Source of the DNA: Nanobdellota archaeon
Lineage (GTDB): Archaea; Nanobdellota; Nanobdellia; Woesearchaeales; CAZZGN01
NCBI GenBank assembly: GCA_051819665.1
Contig: JBNJDG010000006.1
Coordinates: 1 to 53,340, forward strand
DNA length: 53,340 bases
Direction of reading: 5' to 3'
The first letter of the stretch is position 1, and each line of letters opens with the position of its first letter. A program made the position numbers and the translations under genes. This document shows, one piece after another, positions 19,193 through 27,904 of the stretch. The notes below the pieces were generated by a model, which searched no databases, was not told the DNA's origin, and saw only the letters and a list, made by a program, of their open reading frames with translations.

Positions 19193-19605
19193 AGAGTTTC
19201 CTTGCAGAGAATCCTTCTGCAGAGGGTCTTATAGGTAAGAAATCGGATGTAGTCGAAGAGGGCAATCTCCTGAAAGCGGAAGGCAAAACACTCTTCATCA
19301 GGCCGGAAGATGTATGGCTCCCTCACCTCAAATTATTGCAGGACAATCCACGGCTTTTACCGAGGGTGATTGTTGATATGGGTGCTGTAAAGTTCGTGGT
19401 CAAGGGAGCTGATATAATGAGACCAGGTATAAAGGAGACAGGGGATTTTTCCAAAGGAGACCATATAATAGTAGCTGATGAGACCCATGGGAAACCTCTT
19501 GCTGTCGGAGAAGCCCTCCTCTCTTCTGAAGATATGGGAGAACAGGAAAAAGGCAAATCTGTGAAGAACCTTCATTATGTAGGAGATGAATACTGGGATC
19601 TATGA
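19162..19605 (+). CDS. PUA-domain RNA-binding protein (DUF1947/MCT-1-like)
   Basis: VDMGAVKFVVKGADIMRPGI, HGKPLAVG, KGKSVKNLHYVGD. Confidence 0.9.
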   Translation: MGKQYSKKDIKSFLAENPSAEGLIGKKSDVVEEGNLLKAEGKTLFIRPEDVWLPHLKLLQDNPRLLPRVIVDMGAVKFVVKGADIMRPGIKETGDFSKGDHIIVADETHGKPLAVGEALLSSEDMGEQEKGKSVKNLHYVGDEYWDL

Positions 19606-20238
19606 ACTTTCTTTCTTCTTACCCTTCATCCACCAGACACCCAGGTAAACAAGAGGAGTGTCTATAGCCGCAACCACTATCTTAAGTATCCAGTATGGGA
19701 TTATCAGAGAGAATATGAAGGGTGCTGTGAATTTAGGGGTTGTCTGATAGAAAGCTATGAACATGAAGATAGTGGTATCAAGGAACTGGCTGAATATTGT
19801 TGATATATTGTTCCTCAACCATAGGAATTTTCCTTTCATCTTCTTCTTAAGGAGTCTGAAAGCCCATACATCATGCATCTGGCTCACTGCAAAAGCGGTG
19901 AAGCTCCCGACGAGCACTCTTGCAGAGATACCGAATATCTTCTTGAAGGATTCGTTGTAAGTGAACCTGTCTGCGGGAGGCATGTGTATAGCGATAATTG
20001 TCAGCAGAAGCACGAATATTATGGATATCATGCCTGAGTAGATCAGTTTCTGTGCTTCTTTAGAACCATATACCTCATGGATGATATCGGTTATAATGAA
20101 AGTTATCGGGTAAGCGAAAATACCCACAGCGAAGTTTATGGTAAAGTCGCCTATGCTCAGATAGGTGATCTTGTTCCCCAGAAGATTCGCTGCAATAAGA
20201 CCAGCAATGAATAACGAAGAAAGGATGGTCTTTTTCAT
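19600..20238 (-). CDS. Queuosine/preQ0 precursor transporter (YhhQ/Vut_1 family)
   Basis: YPITFIITDIIHEVYG, SQMHDV, LWLRNNISTIFSQFLDT, DTP motifs. Confidence 0.9.
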   Translation of the reverse strand: MKKTILSSLFIAGLIAANLLGNKITYLSIGDFTINFAVGIFAYPITFIITDIIHEVYGSKEAQKLIYSGMISIIFVLLLTIIAIHMPPADRFTYNESFKKIFGISARVLVGSFTAFAVSQMHDVWAFRLLKKKMKGKFLWLRNNISTIFSQFLDTTIFMFIAFYQTTPKFTAPFIFSLIIPYWILKIVVAAIDTPLVYLGVWWMKGKKKESS

Positions 20239-20247
20239 TTTACTTCT

Positions 20248-21378
20248 CTATCCGAACATCGACATATATTCGGCGCCTTCTTCCTTATCTTTGCTACCTA
20301 CCTTATCAGCCGCTTTCTCGAAGTATTGCTGTTTTATTGTAGTCTTGTTGTCCCTGATGGCGAAATAGCCGGCTTCGGTGCATGCTGCCTTTATCTCTGC
20401 ACCAGAGAAACCTTCCATCTTCTTAGCTATCTTATCCATATCAAGCTTTCCGAGTTTCATATCCTTGGTATGGATCTTGAAGATGTTCTTTATCCCTTCT
20501 TTGTCAGGCGAAGGTATGTGGATTAACCTGTCCAGTCTTCCCGGCCTTACTATAGCGGGGTCGAGGATGTCTTTCCTGTTCGTACAGCCTATGACCTTCA
20601 CATTATCCAGGCTCTTGAACCCGTCTATCTCTGCGAGGAACTGCATGAAGGTCCTCTGTACTTCCCTCTCTCCCGAAGTGCCAATCTCAATCCTTTTGGC
20701 TGCAAGAGCATCAAGCTCATCGATGAATATGATAGCGGGTGCTTTCTTCCTTGCCAGGTTGAAGATGTCCTTCACCATCTTCGCACCTTCACCAATGAAT
20801 TTCTGGACAAGCTCTGAGCCTACTATCTCGATGAATGTGGAGTCTGTAGAAGCAGCCACCGCTTTAGCCAGAAGTGTCTTCCCTGTTCCCGGGGGCCCGT
20901 GAAGGAGGATCCCTTTAGGAGGTTGAATGCCTACTTTCTTGAAAGTCTCTGGTTTTTTCATCGGAAGCTCGACAACTTCCTTGACTTCCTCGCCCTGCTT
21001 GTCAAGCCCTCCTACATCACTCCATTTTATCTGGGGCTTCTCCATGATGACAAATTTCTCGACATTGAAACCTTTTGATGTCTTCACTTTCTCTATGATG
21101 TTGAGGTTCTTCTGTTCGCAAAGCACCATATCTCCTGCTTTAAGCTTTAATTTAGGGTTAGCGTTAACATAGAAAAGATTACCATTGGGTACCTTTATGA
21201 TCACATTCTCCTCTAATACATCATTCACTTCACAGACCATCAATGCAGGTTCCCTGTACCTGTCCAGCTCGTTCTTAAGCCTGTTAACAGTATCCTTGAG
21301 GACCTTGTTCTCCTCTTCGAGCTGGTTCTCTTCTGATGAATAGGTGTACATGACGTTTTCAAAGTCGTTATTTGCCAT
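20248..21378 (-). CDS. pan: Proteasome-activating nucleotidase
   Basis: N-terminal coiled coil and OB fold, GPPGTGKT, FIDELD, RPGRLDR, C-terminal HbYX-like MFG. Confidence 0.93.
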   Translation of the reverse strand: MANNDFENVMYTYSSEENQLEEENKVLKDTVNRLKNELDRYREPALMVCEVNDVLEENVIIKVPNGNLFYVNANPKLKLKAGDMVLCEQKNLNIIEKVKTSKGFNVEKFVIMEKPQIKWSDVGGLDKQGEEVKEVVELPMKKPETFKKVGIQPPKGILLHGPPGTGKTLLAKAVAASTDSTFIEIVGSELVQKFIGEGAKMVKDIFNLARKKAPAIIFIDELDALAAKRIEIGTSGEREVQRTFMQFLAEIDGFKSLDNVKVIGCTNRKDILDPAIVRPGRLDRLIHIPSPDKEGIKNIFKIHTKDMKLGKLDMDKIAKKMEGFSGAEIKAACTEAGYFAIRDNKTTIKQQYFEKAADKVGSKDKEEGAEYMSMFG

Positions 21379-21423
21379 AAGGGTTAGGTTTGATTAGTTA
21401 TTTAAAAATATTTTGGAACTCTT

Positions 21424-22443
21424 TTACCTTTCTGTTATTATAAGCTCTTTCGGACTTCTTGTAAGCCTTTCTGCTCCCTTTTCCATTATGATGGCCGTGT
21501 CTTCTATCCTTATGCCGTATTTTCCTTCTTCATAAACTCCTGGTTCTATGGTTATGATATTCCCTTTTTCCAGAGTCTCTTTGGAATCAGGGGAGATGTT
21601 AGGTTTCTCGTGTACATTCAGACCTACACCATGGCCAAGGGAATGGATGAATCTCTTGTCGAGGTTTTTTCTTGCATGATCGTCTACATTACTGGCCTTT
21701 TCACCTTTCTCTGCTTTCGCTAGAGATTCTTCCTGGATATCCAGAAGATTTTCATACTCTTCGATCTCTTTCCTCTTAGGATTGCCTACGTATATGGTCC
21801 TTGACATATCGGAACAGTATCCGTCCACCTTCGCCCCATAATCAAGCAGGAGGAAACCTTTGCTTATCTTACCTTCATTATTGTGATGGACTATCGAGGA
21901 ATTCTTCCCTGAAGCGGCTATCGGCTCGAAGGAAGGCTCTGCTCCTGCTTTCCTTATCTCCCTCTTTATGAAATCCGCAAGCTCCTTCTCTGTCCTGAAA
22001 CTGAAATCGTTTATTATCTTCGAGAAAACTTTATCTCCCAGCCTGCAGGCTTCCTTTATCTTTTTGACTTCCCTTTCTGTCTTGACCGATCTCAACGATA
22101 ACAGCTCTTCACTGATATCGTAATATCTTCCTCCTATCAGTCTTTTCAGTCTCTCATATTCGAGGACGGACATGCTTTTCTTGTCTATCCCTGTCTTTTT
22201 CGATTTGAGGTGTTTCTTCAGGAGCTTTTCCTTCATACCTCTCCCTATCGGTTTTACATTAAGGCCTGTCTTCTTCGCTTTCTCATATTCCAGTTCAGGT
22301 ACGAGCATCAATGAGGAAGTCTTCTTGACTATAAGTATTGCAAAACCCCTGTAACCAGTATGATAGTATATGTCGTTATCGTTCTCCCCTATAAGAACAA
22401 GGGAATCGAGGCCTTTCTTCCTGACGAGGCTCTTCAGGCTCAT
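21424..22443 (-). CDS. Xaa-Pro aminopeptidase/dipeptidase (M24B)
   Basis: DYGA..GYCSDMSRT, HSLGHGVGLNVHE, TIEPGVY, GIRIED. Confidence 0.92.
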   Translation of the reverse strand: MSLKSLVRKKGLDSLVLIGENDNDIYYHTGYRGFAILIVKKTSSLMLVPELEYEKAKKTGLNVKPIGRGMKEKLLKKHLKSKKTGIDKKSMSVLEYERLKRLIGGRYYDISEELLSLRSVKTEREVKKIKEACRLGDKVFSKIINDFSFRTEKELADFIKREIRKAGAEPSFEPIAASGKNSSIVHHNNEGKISKGFLLLDYGAKVDGYCSDMSRTIYVGNPKRKEIEEYENLLDIQEESLAKAEKGEKASNVDDHARKNLDKRFIHSLGHGVGLNVHEKPNISPDSKETLEKGNIITIEPGVYEEGKYGIRIEDTAIIMEKGAERLTRSPKELIITER

Positions 22444-23690
22444 CTTGTCACCTGGAATCCTCTTATCTTCTCGAGAAGTCTTTTGGCTTCTTCATTCTCT
22501 CTGAAATGCTTCCTGACAGGCTCGATCATCTTATCTATGTATTCAGCTATGGCTTTCTTAAGATCCATAGGATGGAGTTCATTGTTCGCGAAGGATTCTG
22601 CAAGTTTCTCGTAACTTGAGAATTCAAGATTACCGCCGAACTTCTCCGGTCTCTCTATAACGAACTTGTCGAATCTCTCGAAGATCATGTACTTTGCGTA
22701 TTCCATAAGCGGGTTTTCCTCAACCTCACCTTCAGGACAGTACGCTTTGTTTATCTTCCTGTCGATGTCCTCTCTCGCATCATCCATGAAGATTGCTGTA
22801 TCCGGTTTTGATTTCGACATCTTGAGGGAGAGCTGCCTCTCTTCCTCATACTCCTTAAGCCTTTTCTTCAACAACTTTATGAACTCCTTATCTGTCTCTC
22901 CTTTCTTCAGTTTCTTTTTCACGCTCTTCAGCTGGTTGGACAGGTTCTTCGTCATGAACTTCTGATTTGAGAACAGCCTGAATGAAGAAAGTTTTTCCGC
23001 ATCCTTCTCTTCAATGGCTTTCTTTATATCCTCTATGTCATCCTCCACTTTATGATAAGGCTCTGAAAGCCCCATGAGCATGTGATGGCTCAGAGAGACA
23101 GGCTTGAAATACCCCAGCTTCGGTCCCAGCTCTCTCGCGAGCATATTGACCTTCCTCTGGTCATGGCCCAGCTGGCAGATCTTCGCATTGAGGTAGAATA
23201 TGTCTGCTGCCTGCATGCACGGATAAAGAATTTGAGATGCCTGAAGGGCTTCGTCCTCTTTCCTCCCCATGATCTGACTGCATCTTATAACTCTGTTAAG
23301 GGTAGCACTCCTGGCGATCTCCATAACCAGTTTCCAGTAATTATCATCCTTAACAAGGTCGGAGGCCCAGACGAACTCAACATTGTCCATATCCATGCCT
23401 GCTGCTTTCCAGACCTCGATCATATACTTGCCCGTGGTCTGTATCTTGTCAAGGTCTCCACCCATCTTATTGTTCGCCCAGCCGTGCCAGTCGGCCACGA
23501 GCATCTTGAACTTGATTCCCTCCTTTGTGAGCTTGTTTATGTTGATGGCCCTTATGATAGCCTGTGCTATATGGATCCTTCCTGAGGGCTCGAATCCGTC
23601 ATAAGCTATTAATTCCTCATCTGATTCAAGCAGTTCTTTCAGTTCCTCTTCCGTGATGATCTCTTCCCAGTCATGATCGAGTAGGCTCAT
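22440..23690 (-). CDS. tyrS: Tyrosine--tRNA ligase (archaeal/eukaryotic type)
   Basis: AYDGFEPSGRIHIAQ, ADWH, YPCMQAAD, GHDQRK, KMSKS, KAYCP, LHPMDLK. Confidence 0.96.
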   Translation of the reverse strand: MSLLDHDWEEIITEEELKELLESDEELIAYDGFEPSGRIHIAQAIIRAININKLTKEGIKFKMLVADWHGWANNKMGGDLDKIQTTGKYMIEVWKAAGMDMDNVEFVWASDLVKDDNYWKLVMEIARSATLNRVIRCSQIMGRKEDEALQASQILYPCMQAADIFYLNAKICQLGHDQRKVNMLARELGPKLGYFKPVSLSHHMLMGLSEPYHKVEDDIEDIKKAIEEKDAEKLSSFRLFSNQKFMTKNLSNQLKSVKKKLKKGETDKEFIKLLKKRLKEYEEERQLSLKMSKSKPDTAIFMDDAREDIDRKINKAYCPEGEVEENPLMEYAKYMIFERFDKFVIERPEKFGGNLEFSSYEKLAESFANNELHPMDLKKAIAEYIDKMIEPVRKHFRENEEAKRLLEKIRGFQVTR

Positions 23691-23797
23691 TGATAAACAC
23701 CAGAACAGAGGGTATCAGGATTATTTATATAACTAACTGATTTTCACTCTTTACAACCCGAAAAATATAATAGTCAACTATAAGACCATAAAAGAAG

Positions 23798-25957
23798 ATG
23801 TTTTATAGATATTTCATAAAAGGGGTTGTACAGGGCGTTGGCTTTAGACCGTATATCTACAGGAAAGCCAAGTCTCTTGGTCTTAAAGGGACAGTGAAGA
23901 ACATCGGCTCTGGTGTAGAGGTCATATGTGATGATCCCGATTTTATTGGAAAACTTGATGATCTTCCTCCTCTTGCAAAGATAACAGAGTCAGAAAGGGA
24001 ACCAGTAGATACAGAACATGATGATTTCAGGATTTTGAAGAGTGAAAGTTCAGATGGAGCAACGATACTTCCTGCGGATGTTTTCATGTGCGAAGATTGC
24101 AGGAAGGAATTGAGGGATAAAAAGAATAGACGTCATAATTTCTATTTCATAACCTGCACAAACTGCGGCCCCAGGTTTTCCATGATAGAGGATTACCCTT
24201 ACGACAGGCCATATACTTCTATGAAGGATTTTGAGATGTGTGAAGACTGCAGGAAGGAGTACACAGATCCTATGGACAGGAGATATCATGCGCAGACGAT
24301 TGCATGTAAAAAATGCGGTCCGAAGCTTAGTCTGAAGAAGAATAACAAAGTGATTGAAACAGAAGATGATCAGGATACGATAAGGAAAGCCATGGGGCTT
24401 GTGAAAGAAGGCCATGTGATTTCTATAAAAGGTGTGGGGGGCTATCATATCTGCTCTCTTACAGATGACAGAACGGTAAAAGAAGTGCGGAGGATTCTCG
24501 GAAGGAAGCACAAACCCTTTGCGCTTATGGTGAAAGATATAGAGAAGGCAAAACAGTTGGCGATGATTGATGAGAAAGAGGAAGAGCTTCTCAAGAGTCC
24601 GGAAAGGCCTATAGTTGCGGTCAAAAAGAAAGAAGATAACCTGAGAGAGGTTTCAGAGCTTGATACTATAGGTATAATGCTCCCTTACACTGCTCTTCAT
24701 TACATGCTCTTTGACTTTATAGGTGAACCGCTGATAATGACCTCATGTAACCTTCCCGGGCTTCCTGTAGAGACAAAAGGGGGCATAACAGATTATTCTC
24801 TTACCCATGAGAGAGAGATAGTCAACAGGTGTGATGATTCTGTCATGAAAGTCATTTCGGGAAAGCCCTTCCTTCTGAGGAGATCGAGGGGCTTTGCTCC
24901 GATGCCGGTAACCATGTCAACAGGATGCAGCGATACGATAGCTCTCGGGGGAGAGATAAATAATGTCATCTGTTCGGTGAAAGACAAGGATTGTTATCTG
25001 TCACAGCATATAGGAAATACATCGAAAGAACCTACTCTTGAGTTCATGAAGGATACGCTTGAAAGATTCATCCGCCTGACAAGGTCGAGACCCCGCCTCA
25101 TTGTATGTGATAAGCATCCTGGATATAAGAGCACAGAACTTGCGGAAGAATTTGCTGAGATATACGGGGCACAGTTGATAAGGGTCCAGCATCATAAGGC
25201 CCACATTGCGGGTGTGGCTTCTGAACATGGCCTGTCAGATTATGTAGGGATAGCGATCGACGGATTAGGGTATGGTGATGACGGTGCAATCTGGGGGGGT
25301 GAGATATTCGATGTCTCTGATGATACTGATTTTGAAAGAATAGGCCATCTTGAATACCATGATCAACTAGGAGATTCTGCAACAAGATTCCCGAAAAGGA
25401 TGCTTGTCTCTATACTTTCAAAATTTATGTCTCTGGATGAGATCCTAACACTGGAAATATTGCCTGAAAAAGATATCAAACTCATCTATAATGCTACAAG
25501 ACAGGGATTTAATGTGATTAAGACCACAAGCGCAGGGAGGGTGCTTGATTCCGTGTCAGCGCTTCTTGGTTTTTGTGAAGAGAGGACTTACGAGGGCAGG
25601 CCTGCCATCCTTCTGGAAGCGAACTCTTCTGAACCTTATGACATAGAACCAAAGATTACAGAAGAAGACGGAAAGAAGATACTTTCTACTTCTCATCTGT
25701 TTGAATATCTGATAAAGAATCTTGATAAGGACAGGAAAAGGCTGGCCGCTACTGCTCAGCTCTATATTGCTAAGGGTCTTTACAGAATAGCTTCAGAGAA
25801 GGGAAAGCCAATCGTATTATCGGGTGGTGTCGCTTATAATACAATCATAAGTTCATTCATGATATCTAAAGGGGTCTTGTTGAATAACGATATTCCTGCA
25901 GGAGATGGCGGTCTCTGTTATGGCCAGGCATATCTTGCGAACCTTATACACCGGTGA
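23798..25957 (+). CDS. hypF: Carbamoyltransferase HypF
   Basis: GVVQGVGFRP acylphosphatase domain, two CxxC zinc fingers, KGVGGYH, QHHKAH, DGLGYG, PAGDGG. Confidence 0.97.
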   Translation: MFYRYFIKGVVQGVGFRPYIYRKAKSLGLKGTVKNIGSGVEVICDDPDFIGKLDDLPPLAKITESEREPVDTEHDDFRILKSESSDGATILPADVFMCEDCRKELRDKKNRRHNFYFITCTNCGPRFSMIEDYPYDRPYTSMKDFEMCEDCRKEYTDPMDRRYHAQTIACKKCGPKLSLKKNNKVIETEDDQDTIRKAMGLVKEGHVISIKGVGGYHICSLTDDRTVKEVRRILGRKHKPFALMVKDIEKAKQLAMIDEKEEELLKSPERPIVAVKKKEDNLREVSELDTIGIMLPYTALHYMLFDFIGEPLIMTSCNLPGLPVETKGGITDYSLTHEREIVNRCDDSVMKVISGKPFLLRRSRGFAPMPVTMSTGCSDTIALGGEINNVICSVKDKDCYLSQHIGNTSKEPTLEFMKDTLERFIRLTRSRPRLIVCDKHPGYKSTELAEEFAEIYGAQLIRVQHHKAHIAGVASEHGLSDYVGIAIDGLGYGDDGAIWGGEIFDVSDDTDFERIGHLEYHDQLGDSATRFPKRMLVSILSKFMSLDEILTLEILPEKDIKLIYNATRQGFNVIKTTSAGRVLDSVSALLGFCEERTYEGRPAILLEANSSEPYDIEPKITEEDGKKILSTSHLFEYLIKNLDKDRKRLAATAQLYIAKGLYRIASEKGKPIVLSGGVAYNTIISSFMISKGVLLNNDIPAGDGGLCYGQAYLANLIHR

Positions 25958-26345
25958 AAACAAGCTTCCCGTGTTTGACACCTTTCTGGGCCAGTATCCG
26001 GTCAGAGAACTCTTTAATCTCTTTGGTGGGTCCTTCAAGGACAAGGACCTCCATACAGTTGTCCTTGTCAACATGTATATGGAGCGTGCTTTTTACAAAA
26101 CCTGCCTCGTGCTGCTGATGTATAAGATCATGTTCTATCTCATGCTTATTATGATCAAACACTATGGTCAGTGAGGCCATCATCTTTTTCCTGGGTTGTG
26201 TTATCTCTTCTTCGATAAGCTCTTTCCTAATTATGTCCCTTACGGCTTCAGACCTGTTCTTATATCCTTTCTTTTCGATAAGCTTGTCAAAGCTCTCGAG
26301 AAGTTTCGGACCGAATGCGATTCCTTTTCTTATTATATTTTCCAT
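25944..26345 (-). CDS. nikR: Nickel-responsive regulator NikR
   Basis: RHH domain GYKNRSEAVRD; Ni site QH...STLHIH...CME. Confidence 0.93.
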   Translation of the reverse strand: MENIIRKGIAFGPKLLESFDKLIEKKGYKNRSEAVRDIIRKELIEEEITQPRKKMMASLTIVFDHNKHEIEHDLIHQQHEAGFVKSTLHIHVDKDNCMEVLVLEGPTKEIKEFSDRILAQKGVKHGKLVFTGV

Positions 26346-26348
26346 ATC

Positions 26349-26708
26349 TTAACGCCTTCTTTTCATTATCTCGCACAGGCATCTTGAGTTCCTGTGGGAA
26401 CACCCTTCAGGGATGTGCTTATTATCATTCTTCAGTTCTGTTTTTAAATAATTTACTGTGGTTTTTATCTTCTCCCCGTAGTCTGTCAGCAGATATTTTT
26501 TACCGTCCTTTTCGGTGATGCTTATTATCCCCAGATCTTCCATATCCTTAAGTCTAGCGGAAAGCAATGTAGGGTTTATGATCCGGTTTGTGACTTTATA
26601 TATCTCATTATACCTTAAAGGTTGTTTTGAAAGAACGTAAAGCAGGGAGAGCGAATATTTCTTCCCGAATAATCTCAAGATTTTCATGAGATCACAATTT
26701 TCCTGCAT
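26349..26708 (-). CDS. HxlR/DUF24-family winged-helix regulator
   Basis: N-terminal Cys, GKKYSL, LRYNEI, LLSARLKDME..GII, YLLTDYG; extra Cys-rich tail. Confidence 0.85.
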   Translation of the reverse strand: MQENCDLMKILRLFGKKYSLSLLYVLSKQPLRYNEIYKVTNRIINPTLLSARLKDMEDLGIISITEKDGKKYLLTDYGEKIKTTVNYLKTELKNDNKHIPEGCSHRNSRCLCEIMKRRR

Positions 26709-26709
26709 A

Positions 26710-26727
26710 ACTACATAATTTTGTAGT
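26710..26727. promoter_or_regulatory. Inverted repeat, candidate operator of the HxlR-type regulator
   Basis: ACTACA-TAATTT-TGTAGT immediately upstream of the regulator start, within the divergent promoter shared with the hydrogenase operon. Confidence 0.5.
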
Positions 26728-26819
26728 CCCCTTTTAAATATTTTTTCTTACATAATATACGAAAAAGTATACTTACGGTGAACGCACTGTATATTTACGC
26801 TTTAAAAAAGGTGGTGAAT

Positions 26820-26984
26820 ATGTCTAAGAAAGAGAAATGCAAGGAGCTTATGACTAAATTCTTTGGCCCTGCATCTGCCGCTCAGGTGGATTCCATGGGA
26901 GAAGACGAATGTGTAGAGAAGTGCAGGTCAAAGGTAGCTGGTTTCCTTGGTGAAGAGAAGGCCAAGGAGTTTGACAGCATTTAG
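26820..26984 (+). CDS. Small 54-aa protein heading the hydrogenase operon
   Basis: SD-like GGTGGTG before ATG 26820; MSKKEKCKELMTKFFGPASAAQVDSMGEDECVEKCRSKVAGFLGEEKAKEFDSI. Confidence 0.7.
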   Translation: MSKKEKCKELMTKFFGPASAAQVDSMGEDECVEKCRSKVAGFLGEEKAKEFDSI

Positions 26985-27010
26985 GATAATAAAAAAAGAG
27001 GTGTGTATTT

Positions 27011-27904
27011 ATGCAAGAACTAAACCTGATTTGGATGCAGGGTCAGACTTGCGATGGGGATTCGATGTCTGTTTTCGACGCACAGAATCCCGATTTTCTG
27101 ACCTTTCTGGAGAGGAACAAGATAAACCTGCTCTATCATCCCACTGTTAGCCCGGTCTATGGTGATGAAGCGCAGGAATTATTCAATAATTGTCTGAGTG
27201 GAAAGACAAGAGTGGATATCTTCGTCTTTGAAGGTTCGGTCCCTACAAAAGATGGTTTCGGGGACTTCTTTGAAGGAAAGGATGTTAAGGAGATGGTGAA
27301 GAATTTCGCATCAAAGGCGGAGTTTACATTCGCTGTCGGTACATGTGCAGCTTATGGAGGCGTACCAGCTGCAGGGCCTAACGAGAGCGGCGCAACAGGG
27401 CTCCAGTTCCATAAGACAGAGAAAGGAGGATTCCTGGGGGAGAATTATGCTTCAGGGATGGGCTTCCCGGTGATCAATATCCCTGGTTGTCCAACACATC
27501 CGGACTGGGTCATAAACACTCTGCTCTCTTTCAGGCTAGGAAGGCCGGTGCATCTTGATAAATACAACAGGCCCAAGGATTATTTCGAGGAGAAGGTCCA
27601 CAGGGGCTGTGTCCATTGCGAATATCACGAGAGAGCTCTCTGGGCCAAGGATTTCACAGAGCTGGGCTGTTTTGCAGCATCATTGGGTTGTAAGGGAAGA
27701 ACAACTAATGCAGATTGTAACAAGAGGCTCTGGAACGGGATGTCATCATGTACGAGATCCGGTGCACCGTGTATCGGCTGCTGTAACCCGGATTTCCCTA
27801 TGGACATGACACCGTTCAACAAGGAGACCTTAAGTCTTCCGGAGGATTTGAAGGAACAGCTCAAAGAGAAGAATGCTATTGTTCACGGGGGTGACTCACA
27901 ATGA
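27011..27904 (+). CDS. [NiFe]-hydrogenase small subunit, group 2-like, no Tat signal
   Basis: WMQGQTCDGD, EGSVP, GTCAAYGG, INIPGCPTHPDW, VHRGC, LGCKG, ADCN..LWN, PCIGC. Confidence 0.93.
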   Translation: MQELNLIWMQGQTCDGDSMSVFDAQNPDFLTFLERNKINLLYHPTVSPVYGDEAQELFNNCLSGKTRVDIFVFEGSVPTKDGFGDFFEGKDVKEMVKNFASKAEFTFAVGTCAAYGGVPAAGPNESGATGLQFHKTEKGGFLGENYASGMGFPVINIPGCPTHPDWVINTLLSFRLGRPVHLDKYNRPKDYFEEKVHRGCVHCEYHERALWAKDFTELGCFAASLGCKGRTTNADCNKRLWNGMSSCTRSGAPCIGCCNPDFPMDMTPFNKETLSLPEDLKEQLKEKNAIVHGGDSQ

